Assembly (NCBI GenBank): GCA_012295275.1
Contig: CM022674.1
Coordinates: 9,672,001-9,736,000, forward strand
Reading direction: 5' to 3'
Length of the DNA stretch: 64,000 nucleotides
Source: Chrysomallon squamiferum
Taxonomy: Eukaryota; Animalia; Mollusca
Of the stretch, positions 13,116-25,675 are shown piece by piece. Both the position numbers and the translations under genes were made by a program. The stretch's first letter is position 1, and each line of letters begins with the position of its first letter. The notes beneath the pieces are model-generated. The model did no database searches. It was not told the origin of the DNA and saw only the letters and a program-made list of their open reading frames with translations.

Positions 13116-13269
13116 AACAAAATTTGAAATTAATTTCATTTTAATAATAATTATTATTATTATATATTTATTTATTAAAAATGTTGAATGCTTATGGATT
13201 AGCCAGAAGAGCCCTTTACGTATCATGTTTATTTCAATAATTAAAATGAAATTAATTTCAAATTTTGTT
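13116..13269. repeat. Perfect 30-bp inverted repeat with 94-bp spacer (foldback/MITE-like)
   Basis: 13116-13145 aacaaaatttgaaattaatttcattttaat is the exact reverse complement of 13240-13269. Confidence 0.85.
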
Positions 13270-13409
13270 ATTATTATTATTATTATTATTTATTTTTTTA
13301 TTATTTTAAATACATCAATGTTGTATCTAAAGCAAAAACAGTAATGTTTATGTTGTAAAATATCTAACAAGTTTTACATTCATTATAAACTCTAATTATC
13401 ACATTTTAT

Positions 13410-13456
<47 letters not shown>

Positions 13457-13889
13457 TATATATATGCACAAAATAAAAACGAACATATACAGAGTTATTC
13501 TGGATTCCGAAGGATATGAAAAGTTGTTACAATTATATAATAATATACTGGAACACTCAGTTAATTAATGCCTAATTTTTTGAAAATAACTTGATCTTGT
13601 ACCTAAAATATACTTGAATAGTAGTAATAATTATGCTAAAATTATTTATTTTTAATATTTATAATTTCTTTAAATTTAAAATGGATGTTTTCTATATTTT
13701 TCAAAAACCTTTTCTTGTTCATAACGTATTTTGTTGTAACCTGTACCTAAAACCAGACCGGTGTACACTAAGAAATGTTGCCGATGAAATCAGTCTGTTT
13801 TTAAACTTGTAATTACTGTCTGTAAATAATTGCTTAATTTATGGACTCTTTGTATTTTGTATACTTTTTCGTAATTGTGGTAATAATAA

Positions 13890-13931
<42 letters not shown>

Positions 13932-15240
13932 TTAAAAATTATTATTATTGTTGTTGTTGTTGTAATTATTTTTATTATTATTCAACACAGTAAAAATGTA
14001 TTTATAGAACTAGACTGCCATTAATACAAATTAAAAAATAATCCAGGAATTAAAGCAGAAGTAAATAATTAAAGTGTCAAGCTGTCAGGCTGTTACACAT
14101 TGCCAGAATCACACCGAGCTGTCACTCAGCAGACTCGTTCACGTGGCGGGTTTACTCGTCACGTGACCTGTCTCTTACTGGACCATCTAGACTTAAATTC
14201 GTGTTCTCATTCGATCTCACAGTCAATGTTTAATGTGTATAAATTAGTAAAAGAACTGAAATTTATCATTCCTTCACAATATATAGAATACATCAACATT
14301 TTAATATTAAAAAGTGTATTCATAGCCTTCACATCGAGTTTAGATCTTTTTCCTTAGTTTTCAGTCAGTTACTAATTGTAACCAACTTTACTACCTACTA
14401 CTTTATTATTATTTTTTTTTTTTTCAAAACTCTTTAATCTTCTACATCTTTATTAGTAAATTATATGTGTAATTTAATCATTATTTGATTTCCTTTTACC
14501 AGCACCCGTACACATGTCTCAAACATTAATATAAATAACGTTATTGTTGACTGTTGTTTCTCGTGCATTATTATTATCATTATTATTATTACTATCATCA
14601 CCACCATCATCATGTTATTGTTGTTGTTGCTAGTGTGGCTGTTGTTGCTGTTGTTAATATTATTAGGAATTCAAGTATTTTTAGAATTAGTATTAATAAC
14701 CCTTATCAAAGAACTCATTTTAAATTTTATTTCTAAATAATGTTGAAAGAATCACAAAAAAATATTTTACCAGTTATATTTACTACTATATTTACTAATG
14801 ATATGTTTTTTTATTTGCCCAATAACATATTTTCTTAGAATTATTAATAATGTTAGAACTGTTGTTGTTGTCGTTGTCGTCGTTTTTGTTGGTCTTTCTG
14901 CAATTCATGATGCAGTTCACTTTGCTGTTGTTGTTTGCTGATACATAAAACCTGTAAGAAAGTTTTAAGTTATATCTGAAATGTTGTCATGATGCTGTAA
15001 ACATTGACGCCTCCTACTTTGTATTGATTGAAAGAAAAGTCAATTCAACGTCGTTCATGTGGAAGAATCCACGTCCACGTGACTCGAGCGACCCAACCGC
15101 GAAGAAAATGATAAAATGGAAGAAAAAAATCATCGAAAAGGAACGGATTATTATTGTTAATAGCCACGCTTTGGTTTCTGATATATACTTTGCCACTTAA
15201 CCAGTATTACCATTTTAATGTAGGACGAACGGACAGAAGG

Positions 15241-15307
15241 ATGTTGAACCCTGTGATACCGTACCACTTGGCGAGCCTTGGTCTCTTTCGGCCTGTCTCT
15301 CTAGAAG
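15241..15307 (+). CDS. Pax3/7: Pax3/7 coding exon 1
   Basis: MLNPVIPYHLASLGLFRPVSLE(G)|gtaaat, phase 1. Splices in frame to exon 2 to give the typical ...[12 protein letters not shown]. Confidence 0.8.
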
Positions 15308-15898
15308 GTAAATTATTTGTTGAAACCGTCACTAAACGAACTGTATCATTGATAGTCACGCTTAGCGTACATACTAGACTGGCAGAGTGTGCGTCTACAT
15401 GTGGCGTGAAGTTTGTTACCATCCTTGGAACGTACACACACATTACCTTTTTTTCTTTACAGCATTTGAAATCTTTATGATTTCTTCGTGAACTTAATCT
15501 CTTTAGTACTGTATTATTTGATTTATATCTAATTTTTCTTTTAAATATTCACGTTTAATTTTTATTTAGAACATTAGATTTCTAAGATATACAAGACTGG
15601 TCATAAGTAGCGTTTAATTAGATAAACTATTAATTAAAATCTTGTGACAAAACACACACATGCGTGGTCTCGTGTGTGTATGCCTGCAAATACATAACTA
15701 CTGACTATCAATTTACATTCATTATATATTTATTTAAATTAATTTAATATAGATGCTGGGTTTTTTCCATTTCATAGTTTAGTTTAAATAAGCTACCTCC
15801 GAAACAGAACTTAGTATTATTTTATCATTTTTATAATTAATTAATTTATCTCATTTATTGTAAGTGCATATTATTGTCAGTTAAACTATCTTTATTTT

Positions 15899-15934
<36 letters not shown>

Positions 15935-15971
15935 TATTTATTTATTAGTTAGTGGTTAATTATTATTCGAC

Positions 15972-16006
<35 letters not shown>

Positions 16007-16714
16007 TTATCAATAACGTCACCTAAAAGTATTGTATAAAAATATATACTATATGATGGTGATAACTACAAAATTATATTCAGAAAATGATACATTTAAA
16101 TCTATTTCAGTATCTGAAGCTATTTTCTTACATTATAATGTTTAAAATGCTGTTTTTCTATGTATGTATATTTTTGTTGTTAATATTGTTTCAGTTAAGA
16201 AACATAATACAAAAGGAACAAAAATAAAACAAAAGAAACTGAAAATAATAAAAAAAATCTTTAGAAGTGTTTGATATTAAAACGGATTTATTCAGCAAAT
16301 CAGGACGCTTTATCCTGTTTACTTTTTAAACAATAAACAACAACAATATAAAAAAAAAAAACTACAACTGCAACAACAATATTAAATGTTATCAATTACA
16401 TTTTGAGGCAGTAATTACAACAACGTTGATACATAAAAATAGTGTTGTTGTTTTGAGTTTGTATTTTAATAAAAGAATATTCAGAGTTATGATAATTTAC
16501 CAAAAACCAATTTTAAGAAAACAGATAGCACTGAACAGTTAGTTTATATAAATTAGTAATCTTGGCATCACCGGTCACTCTAATATAATTAATGAAAAAA
16601 AATAAAAATAAAAAAATAAATAAAGACTTAAAATATTAATAATTAATTTTATTTATTTATTGTCTTTATGTATGTATGTGTGTATGTATGTATGTCTATG
16701 TATGTATGTATGTT

Positions 16715-16768
<54 letters not shown>

Positions 16769-17477
16769 AAGAAAATATTTTATATACTAGGCATGAAATG
16801 AAATGAAAAATTAATATAAAGTTTATAATATTATTGGTTGTGCAAAAAGGTTGACAATAAAGTTGTATAATGATAGATTTTCTATAAAATTTTCAAAGAA
16901 AACAACCAATCCCGTTACCATTTTCCAGACGATAAATCAAAGAAAAGGAAGAACGTTTAGAGAGAATGCTTTTGAAGTCGGTTCACCATGGTTTCGCAGA
17001 CTATGGTTTATCGAGACAAGAACGTGCTATTCCGTGAAACACCTTGTCTTAACAGGTCGCCTTGTTAACTAACGTTAAACGAGCGAATCTTTGAAACAAA
17101 AAGCCAAACCGCCCCAGTGCTGCGAGTCTTTGAACTTAATTTTATTACTGCATGTTAATTATAAGCGAGATTTTCGCTAGTGATACGGCACAGCCTGTAA
17201 TGGTGGGGGGTAGAGTGGGACAACCTGGTCTCAGACTCTCTTCAAATGATTAAGGTTTTTTGTTCTAACGATTGTCTTAACGTGAATAAATTAACACAGT
17301 AATTTGCATAAAATGAGCGTGTACAAATTGAAGCTCACATCTTCAGGTTTCGTATTTCGTACTGCACTTGGTGTGGAGCATACAGGTTAACTCGGACTAA
17401 ATTTTTCTTTTCTTGTTTGTAATGGATTTCACACGAATGGAGCAAGAAGCACTTTTAAAAGGTCAGCTTAATAATAC

Positions 17478-17605
<128 letters not shown>

Positions 17606-20600
17606 AAGTAATAGTAATAATAAAAGTACAGAGTAATAATGTCTGTAGAATCAAGTATAAAATTCAGGTTAAAATAAGTTTTTCACAAATTAAAATATCC
17701 CAGCATCTACGATAAGAATAAAACCGTGTAGACTCTTACTTACATACATATTTAGTGATTATTAATGTATTAAAAGGAAGAGAAGAAATAATAAATTAGC
17801 GAGAGACAGACAGAGAGAATGAGAGAACGAAAACTGATAATGAAACTTTAAAATGTATAAATGTTTATTACATTATTTAATATAAAATTATATTGGTTAT
17901 GTAAATATACAACACACTAACACTCATTACCATTAAGTAAGTATCACATTTTTCTTACTTTTGGAAAATATTATAATTTATGAGTTGTACAGAATACTAA
18001 TCAGGAACTCACACTTGAATATATTTAATTGTGCGGGGAGAAAAAATAGTTATGAAAAAATAGTTCAAAATGAAATGTCACCCTAATTAAAATATCCGTA
18101 ATTTAGTTAATTAAGTAAATATATAAGTTAATTAAGTAAATATATATGTTAATACACATTTTAACACTGAAATGTATATTGTTATTATTTTTGTTTTAGA
18201 TGAAAATAAACACATGTTATGAACTCGAACTTAAATGTGTTAAATTCGTAATGCTAAACACCTGTTTGTTCTACCTATTGCTCGGCTGGTTTGTAAAGAT
18301 GTATCTATAACCTAAATAAATGTGTAAAAGTTTCCTTAATTTTCGCACATTGAATGGAACTATATATCATGGATGTTTTAATTAATCATGATCAAATACA
18401 ATTTTATCCTGTTTTGTCCGTGGTGTATTTTGTCTTGTTAAATGCCGCCGACTGTGTACCTGGTTGTGTGTACTAATTAACAATATTAATCAGTCTCGCG
18501 GAATACTTCACGCCTAACGTGGTGACAAATCACGTGTTGTTGCAGCAACAGCTCACGACTGTGTATCGCCGACGTTACTGCTGCAGAATAGATATTTTTT
18601 GCTTCTATTGTTAAACGAACTGATTCAGAGACAACAACAAACATTACATTTAAAAAATAAAAAAAAATGGGGGGATAAAGATAAAAAAAAAACACCCACG
18701 ATGACCTTAACAACTAATGTAAATTTTTGACAGCCACTTTTAAGTTGCATTAAAACTGTAATTTAGAGAGCTAAAAGAAATATTAATATGTGACTGCAGG
18801 CGCAGTGTTATGTGTACATCTGTATGTGTTTGCTAGTTTATGTTAAAATATAACAATTATACATACAAACAAGATTTGAAAGAAAAAAGTCAGATACCTA
18901 TATATTTTAATAAAAGAAATGATTTAATTAAAGTGATATATTTTTCATTAGTTTGGTTTTTCGTTTATTTTTTCTTCTTCATTTTTTGTTTATTTTTTAA
19001 ATTATTTTTCTGTATCCGTTTGTCTGCAAATAAAATCAAATTAGTTTTAACCAGTTAAGTTAAAGTTAATGAAATGTAAACTTTTCAATTAATTGAATGA
19101 CAATAGAACAATTATGTTCTCAAATTAAGCGATGTGTTTGAGATCACCTAGAGATCGAATTACACAACACTAATCGTTTATTTCGCTTTCTAATCTCGCC
19201 ATTCGTCAAGTTGGTCACGTGACACGGATATTACGCGAAACGATGTCACTACACGCCCAATTAACGCGTAATACTTAAATGCGCAGCAAATCGAACCAGA
19301 AAATATCCTCACCGTAAACAAGTGAAACGAATTTAGAACTATTATGATTTTACACGCTCAGTCGAGCAATGACGAGCGTCATAAGAAAACTACAACAGTA
19401 CGTCATCACAGTTTTGTAAGCGATATTATGATTGGTTAAGATGACATAACGATCCCGCAGTGAAATCGTTTTATATTCGTAATAAACACAACTGCTTTTA
19501 ATAATTATATAATCAAATAATTATCTTTTTGATGAAAACAGTTCATTTTAAAGCTATGTAATAAACGCATCTGTTTTTATTAATTATAAAATAATTATAC
19601 TATCTGATTTAATTTTATTTCATATTTGTATATAAAGCAAAACTGTGTTTAAAATACAAATAAATGGTCTGACTATGAAAATAAAATGAATAATATTATT
19701 ATAGCTATACTAATTTAACAAATGAAATACGGTGAAACTATCTAAATTTATAACTACATACTGTTAGTTTATAAAAAAAGAAAAGAACAAAAGACAAAAA
19801 GAATATTACCTTTTCAAGTTGAAAATACCTCAACCGAAATTCAGGAAATCCAAAAATATCATAATATAGTTCTCAGCTCATTTAGTGGACACAAATTTTA
19901 TTTCGTCTACGGAATTATTAAAAATATTGTATACAGTTATTTGGAGGTTGTCATTTGAATTAGATACACATATATTGCTTTCTCCATTATAAAAATGATT
20001 TTAAAAAACAGATAAGAAACTCCAATGTTTTTAAGTGAAATCATTTTAATAAAGGTTTAGGTACAAACACTGTGCGTGCCTACAGTTACTTATTAAGGTA
20101 TCTTTTAGTTACCTAAAAATAGATTTAATACAACTTAAAAGTGGCTTTCGAAAATATATATTTTTTGAAAAGTTCATCGAGTATTTTTGTTTTGTTTTGT
20201 TTTCTTCTCTAAAATAATTATAGAGTCTATCGTTGTCTCTGAATCAGTTTCATTTAACAATAGAAGTAAAACATATCTGTTCTGTTCCAGTAACGTCGGC
20301 GTTACTCAGTCGTGAGCTGTTGCTGTAACAAAACGTTATTTCTCAACGTTTAATTTAGTGAAATACGCAGGTGTTAAGATTAGCTTTGTATAGATACAGT
20401 TTAAAATAATTTGTGTAACAGATTTCGTTTTATAAATAAAGTGTATTCAAACACAGAATAAATAAACAAATAAATAGAACATAAAATAAAATTTGTTATT
20501 TTGTCTTATCTTTATACATTTATTTACAATATTTTAACTAATCTTTATGTCATTTAGCATTGATACTGAATTAACTAATTCCTTTAAACAAGTATATTGT

Positions 20601-21002
20601 TATTTTAAATATACTGTGGCAATTTCGCATTAGTTTTTATATGTAAGCAAGAAAAACAAACAACTGTATTATTTACTTGATGTCGCTGTACATTCTCGTA
20701 TGTTTACCCCATCATTATTAGCCACGCCCACTGTCTGATAATTGACATTGGTTAGGCGTTAGCTGAAGTCGAAAGGGGCGAGGCTTAGTAATCGACTGAT
20801 AGACGGCAAGTGGAAAAGCCGAGAGCATGATGTTACAGTATGTTTCACAAAGCACATTTCACACTGGTATTTCAGCCTGAATTATATCATACACTTGCAC
20901 TTGAAAAACATAGACTATTTAAAAGCTGTTTCACGGTTTAATTAAACTATTTGTGCTGAACAATTCCCGAACATCCATTCATTACTGTTTATTTTTATTT
21001 AA

Positions 21003-21036
21003 AATAATAATAATAATAATCATAATAATAATAATA

Positions 21037-21067
<31 letters not shown>

Positions 21068-21420
21068 CATAGTACACAGTATTTCTGGTACTAGTAGTAA
21101 CAGCAATACTTCTACTAGTAGAAATAACAATAGTAGTAATTGCTGTACAGTTGAAGTAGTAGTAGTAGTTGTAGATATAGTAGTGGTAGTAGTAGTAGAA
21201 GTAGTAGTTATTAGTTGTGGTAGTAATAGTAGTAGCAGTAGCAGTAGTAGTGGTAGTTGTAGTTACAGTACTGGCAGCATTAATGCCTATATTGTGGTAG
21301 TAGTAGTAATAGTAATAGTAGTAGTAGTAGTAATAATTGTAGAAGTAGTAGTAGTAATAGATAGTAGTTGTGGTAGTAATGGTAGTAAGAGTTGTAGTGG
21401 TAGTAGTGGCAGCATTAATG
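21003..21420. repeat. Degenerate (AAT)/(GAT)/(GTA)n low-complexity tract
   Basis: Directly visible; includes an internal duplicate of ggcagcattaatgcctat. Confidence 0.85.
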
Positions 21421-21899
21421 CCTCTATTTATAATACTGACAATAATTATAAATTAACAACAAAAAAACAACAAGAACAGCATAAAAAAAAGAAAGAAAGA
21501 AAGAAAGAAAAAAGGAAACAAATTTAAAAAACATGTCACAAACTGTCAGCTATAATTCATGTATAAATAAATCTATTTTTAAATATAAGACAGGTGATGT
21601 TCAGTGGAGAAGAAAATTATTTCTATAAAATTGTTACCTGCTGAGAACACAGGTGACACATTAACACTCATCTCAATTGGCACCATATTTTGTTACTCAA
21701 TACAGTCGTGTAGAAAACAGCCTCACTTTGATGTGTTCAGCGCTATACTGTTATCTAAACGACAGTTTCATTTCACACTTGTGGCGTGAAAGGAATCGCT
21801 GTGTTAACTAGAGATAATTTCATTGTTTGTTTGATCTCTCGCTGTCCCACTCCTAACACCAGTGCTTTGATCGCCTCAAATAATTTTGATTTGCTAACC

Positions 21900-21937
21900 C
21901 TAAAAAAAAAAAAAAAAAAAAGAAATATATATATAAA

Positions 21938-21994
<57 letters not shown>

Positions 21995-22235
21995 GTAATA
22001 ATAATAATAATAATAATAATATAAATAAATAATTATTATATTAATAGCAGTAGCAGCAGCAGTACTAATAGTATTGGTAGCATTAGTATTAGTATTAATA
22101 AATGTAATGTTAGTATTAGTACTAATAAATGTAGAATAGTAGGAGTAGTAATAGTTTCAGCTGTGGTAGTAATAGTTGTTGTCGTTGTTGTAGTTGTAGT
22201 AGTAGTAGTAGTAGTAATAATAATAATAATAATAA
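21900..22235. repeat. Poly-A/(AAT)n/(GTA)n low-complexity tract
   Basis: Directly visible. Confidence 0.85.
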
Positions 22236-22724
22236 ACTCATTAATTTTCATTTACAGTGAGTCTATTTTTGTGCATTTATTCTGTATAATATACAGAAAT
22301 CTTATATATTTCTTAAATATAACAATATTGCAGCTATTAATAAAACAGAAATTTGAAGAAAAGATAAAGGAATAAAAAAAGAACAATAATAATAAAATGA
22401 TATTTAAGAATTAGGAAATAATAATTAATATCTTCTGTGAAGTATAATTTACAAATATAATTAAGAATCTGAAAAGATATCGATGAGTTGTGTTACACAT
22501 AGAATGTTACTTTCCTTGCGATTTTACATTTGTTTATATTATAACTATAATCAATGTTTTTAAAAAGAAACAAAATAAATAAATAAATAAACAAACATGA
22601 ATGGATATCTAAATATATACAAATAAAATAAAATAAAATAAAATAAAATAAAATAAATAAATAAATAAATAAAATAATATGAATGGATTTCTAAATATAT
22701 ACAAATAAAATAAAATAAAATATA

Positions 22725-22756
<32 letters not shown>

Positions 22757-23542
22757 ATTTTTATCAAAAACAAAATTAATTGGTGTATTTGTTGTATACC
22801 TTTTTCTTTTTCGTTTTAGTCACATAGCCACTGAAGTTATGTGGAAAGTGTAAAAGTGGAAAGCGAACAAAATTATTTTATCAGACTTGTGTTTTGTATT
22901 TGCTGTTTAAAACATAAAGTATTAATTACTTTTTAATTTACAATATTTTATAAAGCAAATGTATTTTATAAAATGCTGTACAACATGAATTTAACATAAT
23001 TTAATATTTCATGTATTCATATTGAAATTTATCTGTTTCTGAAAACTTTTCATAGAATTTGATGAATATTGGTGAATTACATAAAAAAAAAATTGACAAT
23101 ATTGTAGTTTTGAGAATTTATTATATATATATTTTTTAAATTACTATATCTTTAAATTCATTGTCATCTTCTTTCTCTACCTCTTTCTAACTTAATTTTA
23201 TTTATTTATTTATTTATATAACGTTTATGCTTAAGTATTAATTATTATATACAATAATTTTATTTACAATAATTCATTTGCTTAAAACTTTACAAAGCAA
23301 AATGGAGATTTTTTTACTGATATTTTAGCACTGAATTATTAATTACCTCAACAGTACTACTAATCCTACTACTAATAAAATAACGATAAGCTATTTTGAA
23401 ATGAAAAATTAATAAGTAAACAAATAATTCTAAGAAATAAAAATATAAAATAATTAAAAAATAATTCTAAGAAATAAAAATAAAAAATAATTATTTATTT
23501 TTATTATTAATTTTTTGTCTTGTTTTATTTAATTTCTCGCAG

Positions 23543-24043
23543 GACAGGGTCGTGTAAATCAGCTAGGAGGGGTATTTATCAATGGCCGCCCATTACCAAA
23601 CCACATTCGATTAAAGATAGTTGAACTCGCTGCTCAAGGTGTGCGTCCCTGCGTCATCAGTCGTCAGCTGCGGGTTTCTCACGGCTGTGTCTCCAAGATC
23701 CTCCAACGTTACCAGGAAACAGGAAGCATTCGTCCAGGAGTTATCGGCGGAAGTAAACCGAGGGTGGCCACACCGGAAGTGGAAAAGCGAGTAGAAACGT
23801 ACAAGCGAGAGAATCCTGGGATATTCTCTTGGGAAATCAGAGATCGTCTGCTGAAGGAGAGAATCTGTGACAGAGGAAGTGTTCCCAGTGTCAGCTCAAT
23901 CAGCAGAGTTCTCAGAACAAAAATCAAAGGCTCGGATGGCGAGGATGAAGGTGAAGGTCACAGCAGTTCAGGAGGTGAGGCAGACAAGTCTAGAGATGAC
24001 GGCAATGACAATCAGGCTGACATAGGAGCAGACAAATCAGACG
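23543..24043 (+). CDS. Pax3/7: Pax3/7 coding exon 2: whole paired domain + acidic linker
   Basis: tttctcgcag|GA CAG... reads [72 protein letters not shown]...[14 protein letters not shown]...[11 protein letters not shown], diagnostic of group III Pax. Donor G|gtaaga. Confidence 0.97.
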
Positions 24044-24649
24044 GTAAGAATTTTATTGTTCTATTTCAGTTGTTTCTGAGTATTTATTCATTACTGATGG
24101 ACTTAAAACTTTTGAACACGAGCAGAGTTGCCATTATAAAATTATATAATCTAGCAGAAAAGAAAAACTATAACTTTTTAATATCTCTTTATGAAATAAA
24201 TATAATTATATTTTAACAAAAAACATATTCAAGATATAAATATTAATAAATTTTAGAAACATATGCAAATCTGTTTAAAAATAATTTATTTCACTAATTA
24301 ATGCCTTAGAGAGCATCAAAGATTGTATAATTTTCTAAAATATTTCGAAATGAAAACGATGTGAAATTACCTATCGTTGTGTAAGCCCGTATATGCGTAC
24401 TTTATGTGTACTTTATGTGTACTTTATGTTGTTAGTTAATGGCGCTTTTATAAACAAAAGTCATAATGAAACTAACTAGTTTGTATAGATATAATTACTT
24501 CTTACTGTGATATCTTTTCTGCATGTAATTCAAATAAAATACTTCCTCGAATTATCTTCTTTCACAGTGGAGAAATCCAGCTTCTGAAAACACTTTCTGA
24601 GGTCCTGTTTCATATTGTCAGTCTCTAATTTTATATTCTCACTGTATAT

Positions 24650-24830
24650 ACGTATGCATCTATGCATGCATGTATGTATGTATGTATGTATGTGTGTATG
24701 TACGTATATGTATGTATGTGTGTGTGTATGTATGCATGTATGTATGTATGTATGTATGTATGTGTGTGTCTGTATGTACGTATATGTATGTATGTTTCTG
24801 TATGTCTGTGAGTTTGTATGTGCATCAAGT
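24650..24830. repeat. (TATG)n/(TG)n microsatellite
   Basis: Directly visible. Confidence 0.9.
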
Positions 24831-25321
24831 TATATCTATTACAAATATTTATTTAAAATGAGAGTGAATATTTAAAAATAAATAAATAAATAAATAAATA
24901 ACGTATTAACGGCTTCGAAGGATTCACTTACATTATTATTTTATAAGAGAAGTTTGCTTGCAGTGAGTTAGCACACAGTTACGTCAAGTTGTTATGGGAT
25001 TGACGTCGTCTTGAATAAAAAATAATTTGTATTTCTTTTAAAGGAAAATCTTTTCCACCTTTGTAAAGAAATTAATAGCGCAAACGTTTACTGCGAAAAT
25101 ATTTTCTTTTGCAAGTCGCTTTCTTCTTAAATTTAACCGAAGAATAATGCTAATAAAAAAGTCAAATAAATAAATAAATTTGAAAGAAGCATAAAGGAAA
25201 GAAAGAAGAAAAATATATATATATTTATTATTATTTTGTTGTCAGATTTAGAAATTTTTTAAGTTGATGGATTTAATAGAATTTCAAGTTTTAAACGTGA
25301 ATTGTTGCAGTCTATAAAAGA

Positions 25322-25356
<35 letters not shown>

Positions 25357-25402
25357 ACACACATTGTATCATTTTATTACCACACTACTTACTACTTAAA
25401 CC

Positions 25403-25521
25403 ACACAATGTATAATTTTGTTCTAACTATATTTGATTGAGTTAAAAAACACAATGTATCATTTTGTTCTAACTATATTTGATTGCGTTAAAAAACACAA
25501 TGTACCATTTTATTCTAACAC
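25403..25521. repeat. 46-bp tandem repeat, about 2.5 copies
   Basis: acacaatgtat(a/c)attttgttctaactatatttgattg(a/c)gttaaaaa repeated. Confidence 0.8.
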
Positions 25522-25572
25522 TATCATCTGAGTATTATAAGTACGTATGTAGATGTGTGTCTGTGGGTATAC

Positions 25573-25675
<103 letters not shown>

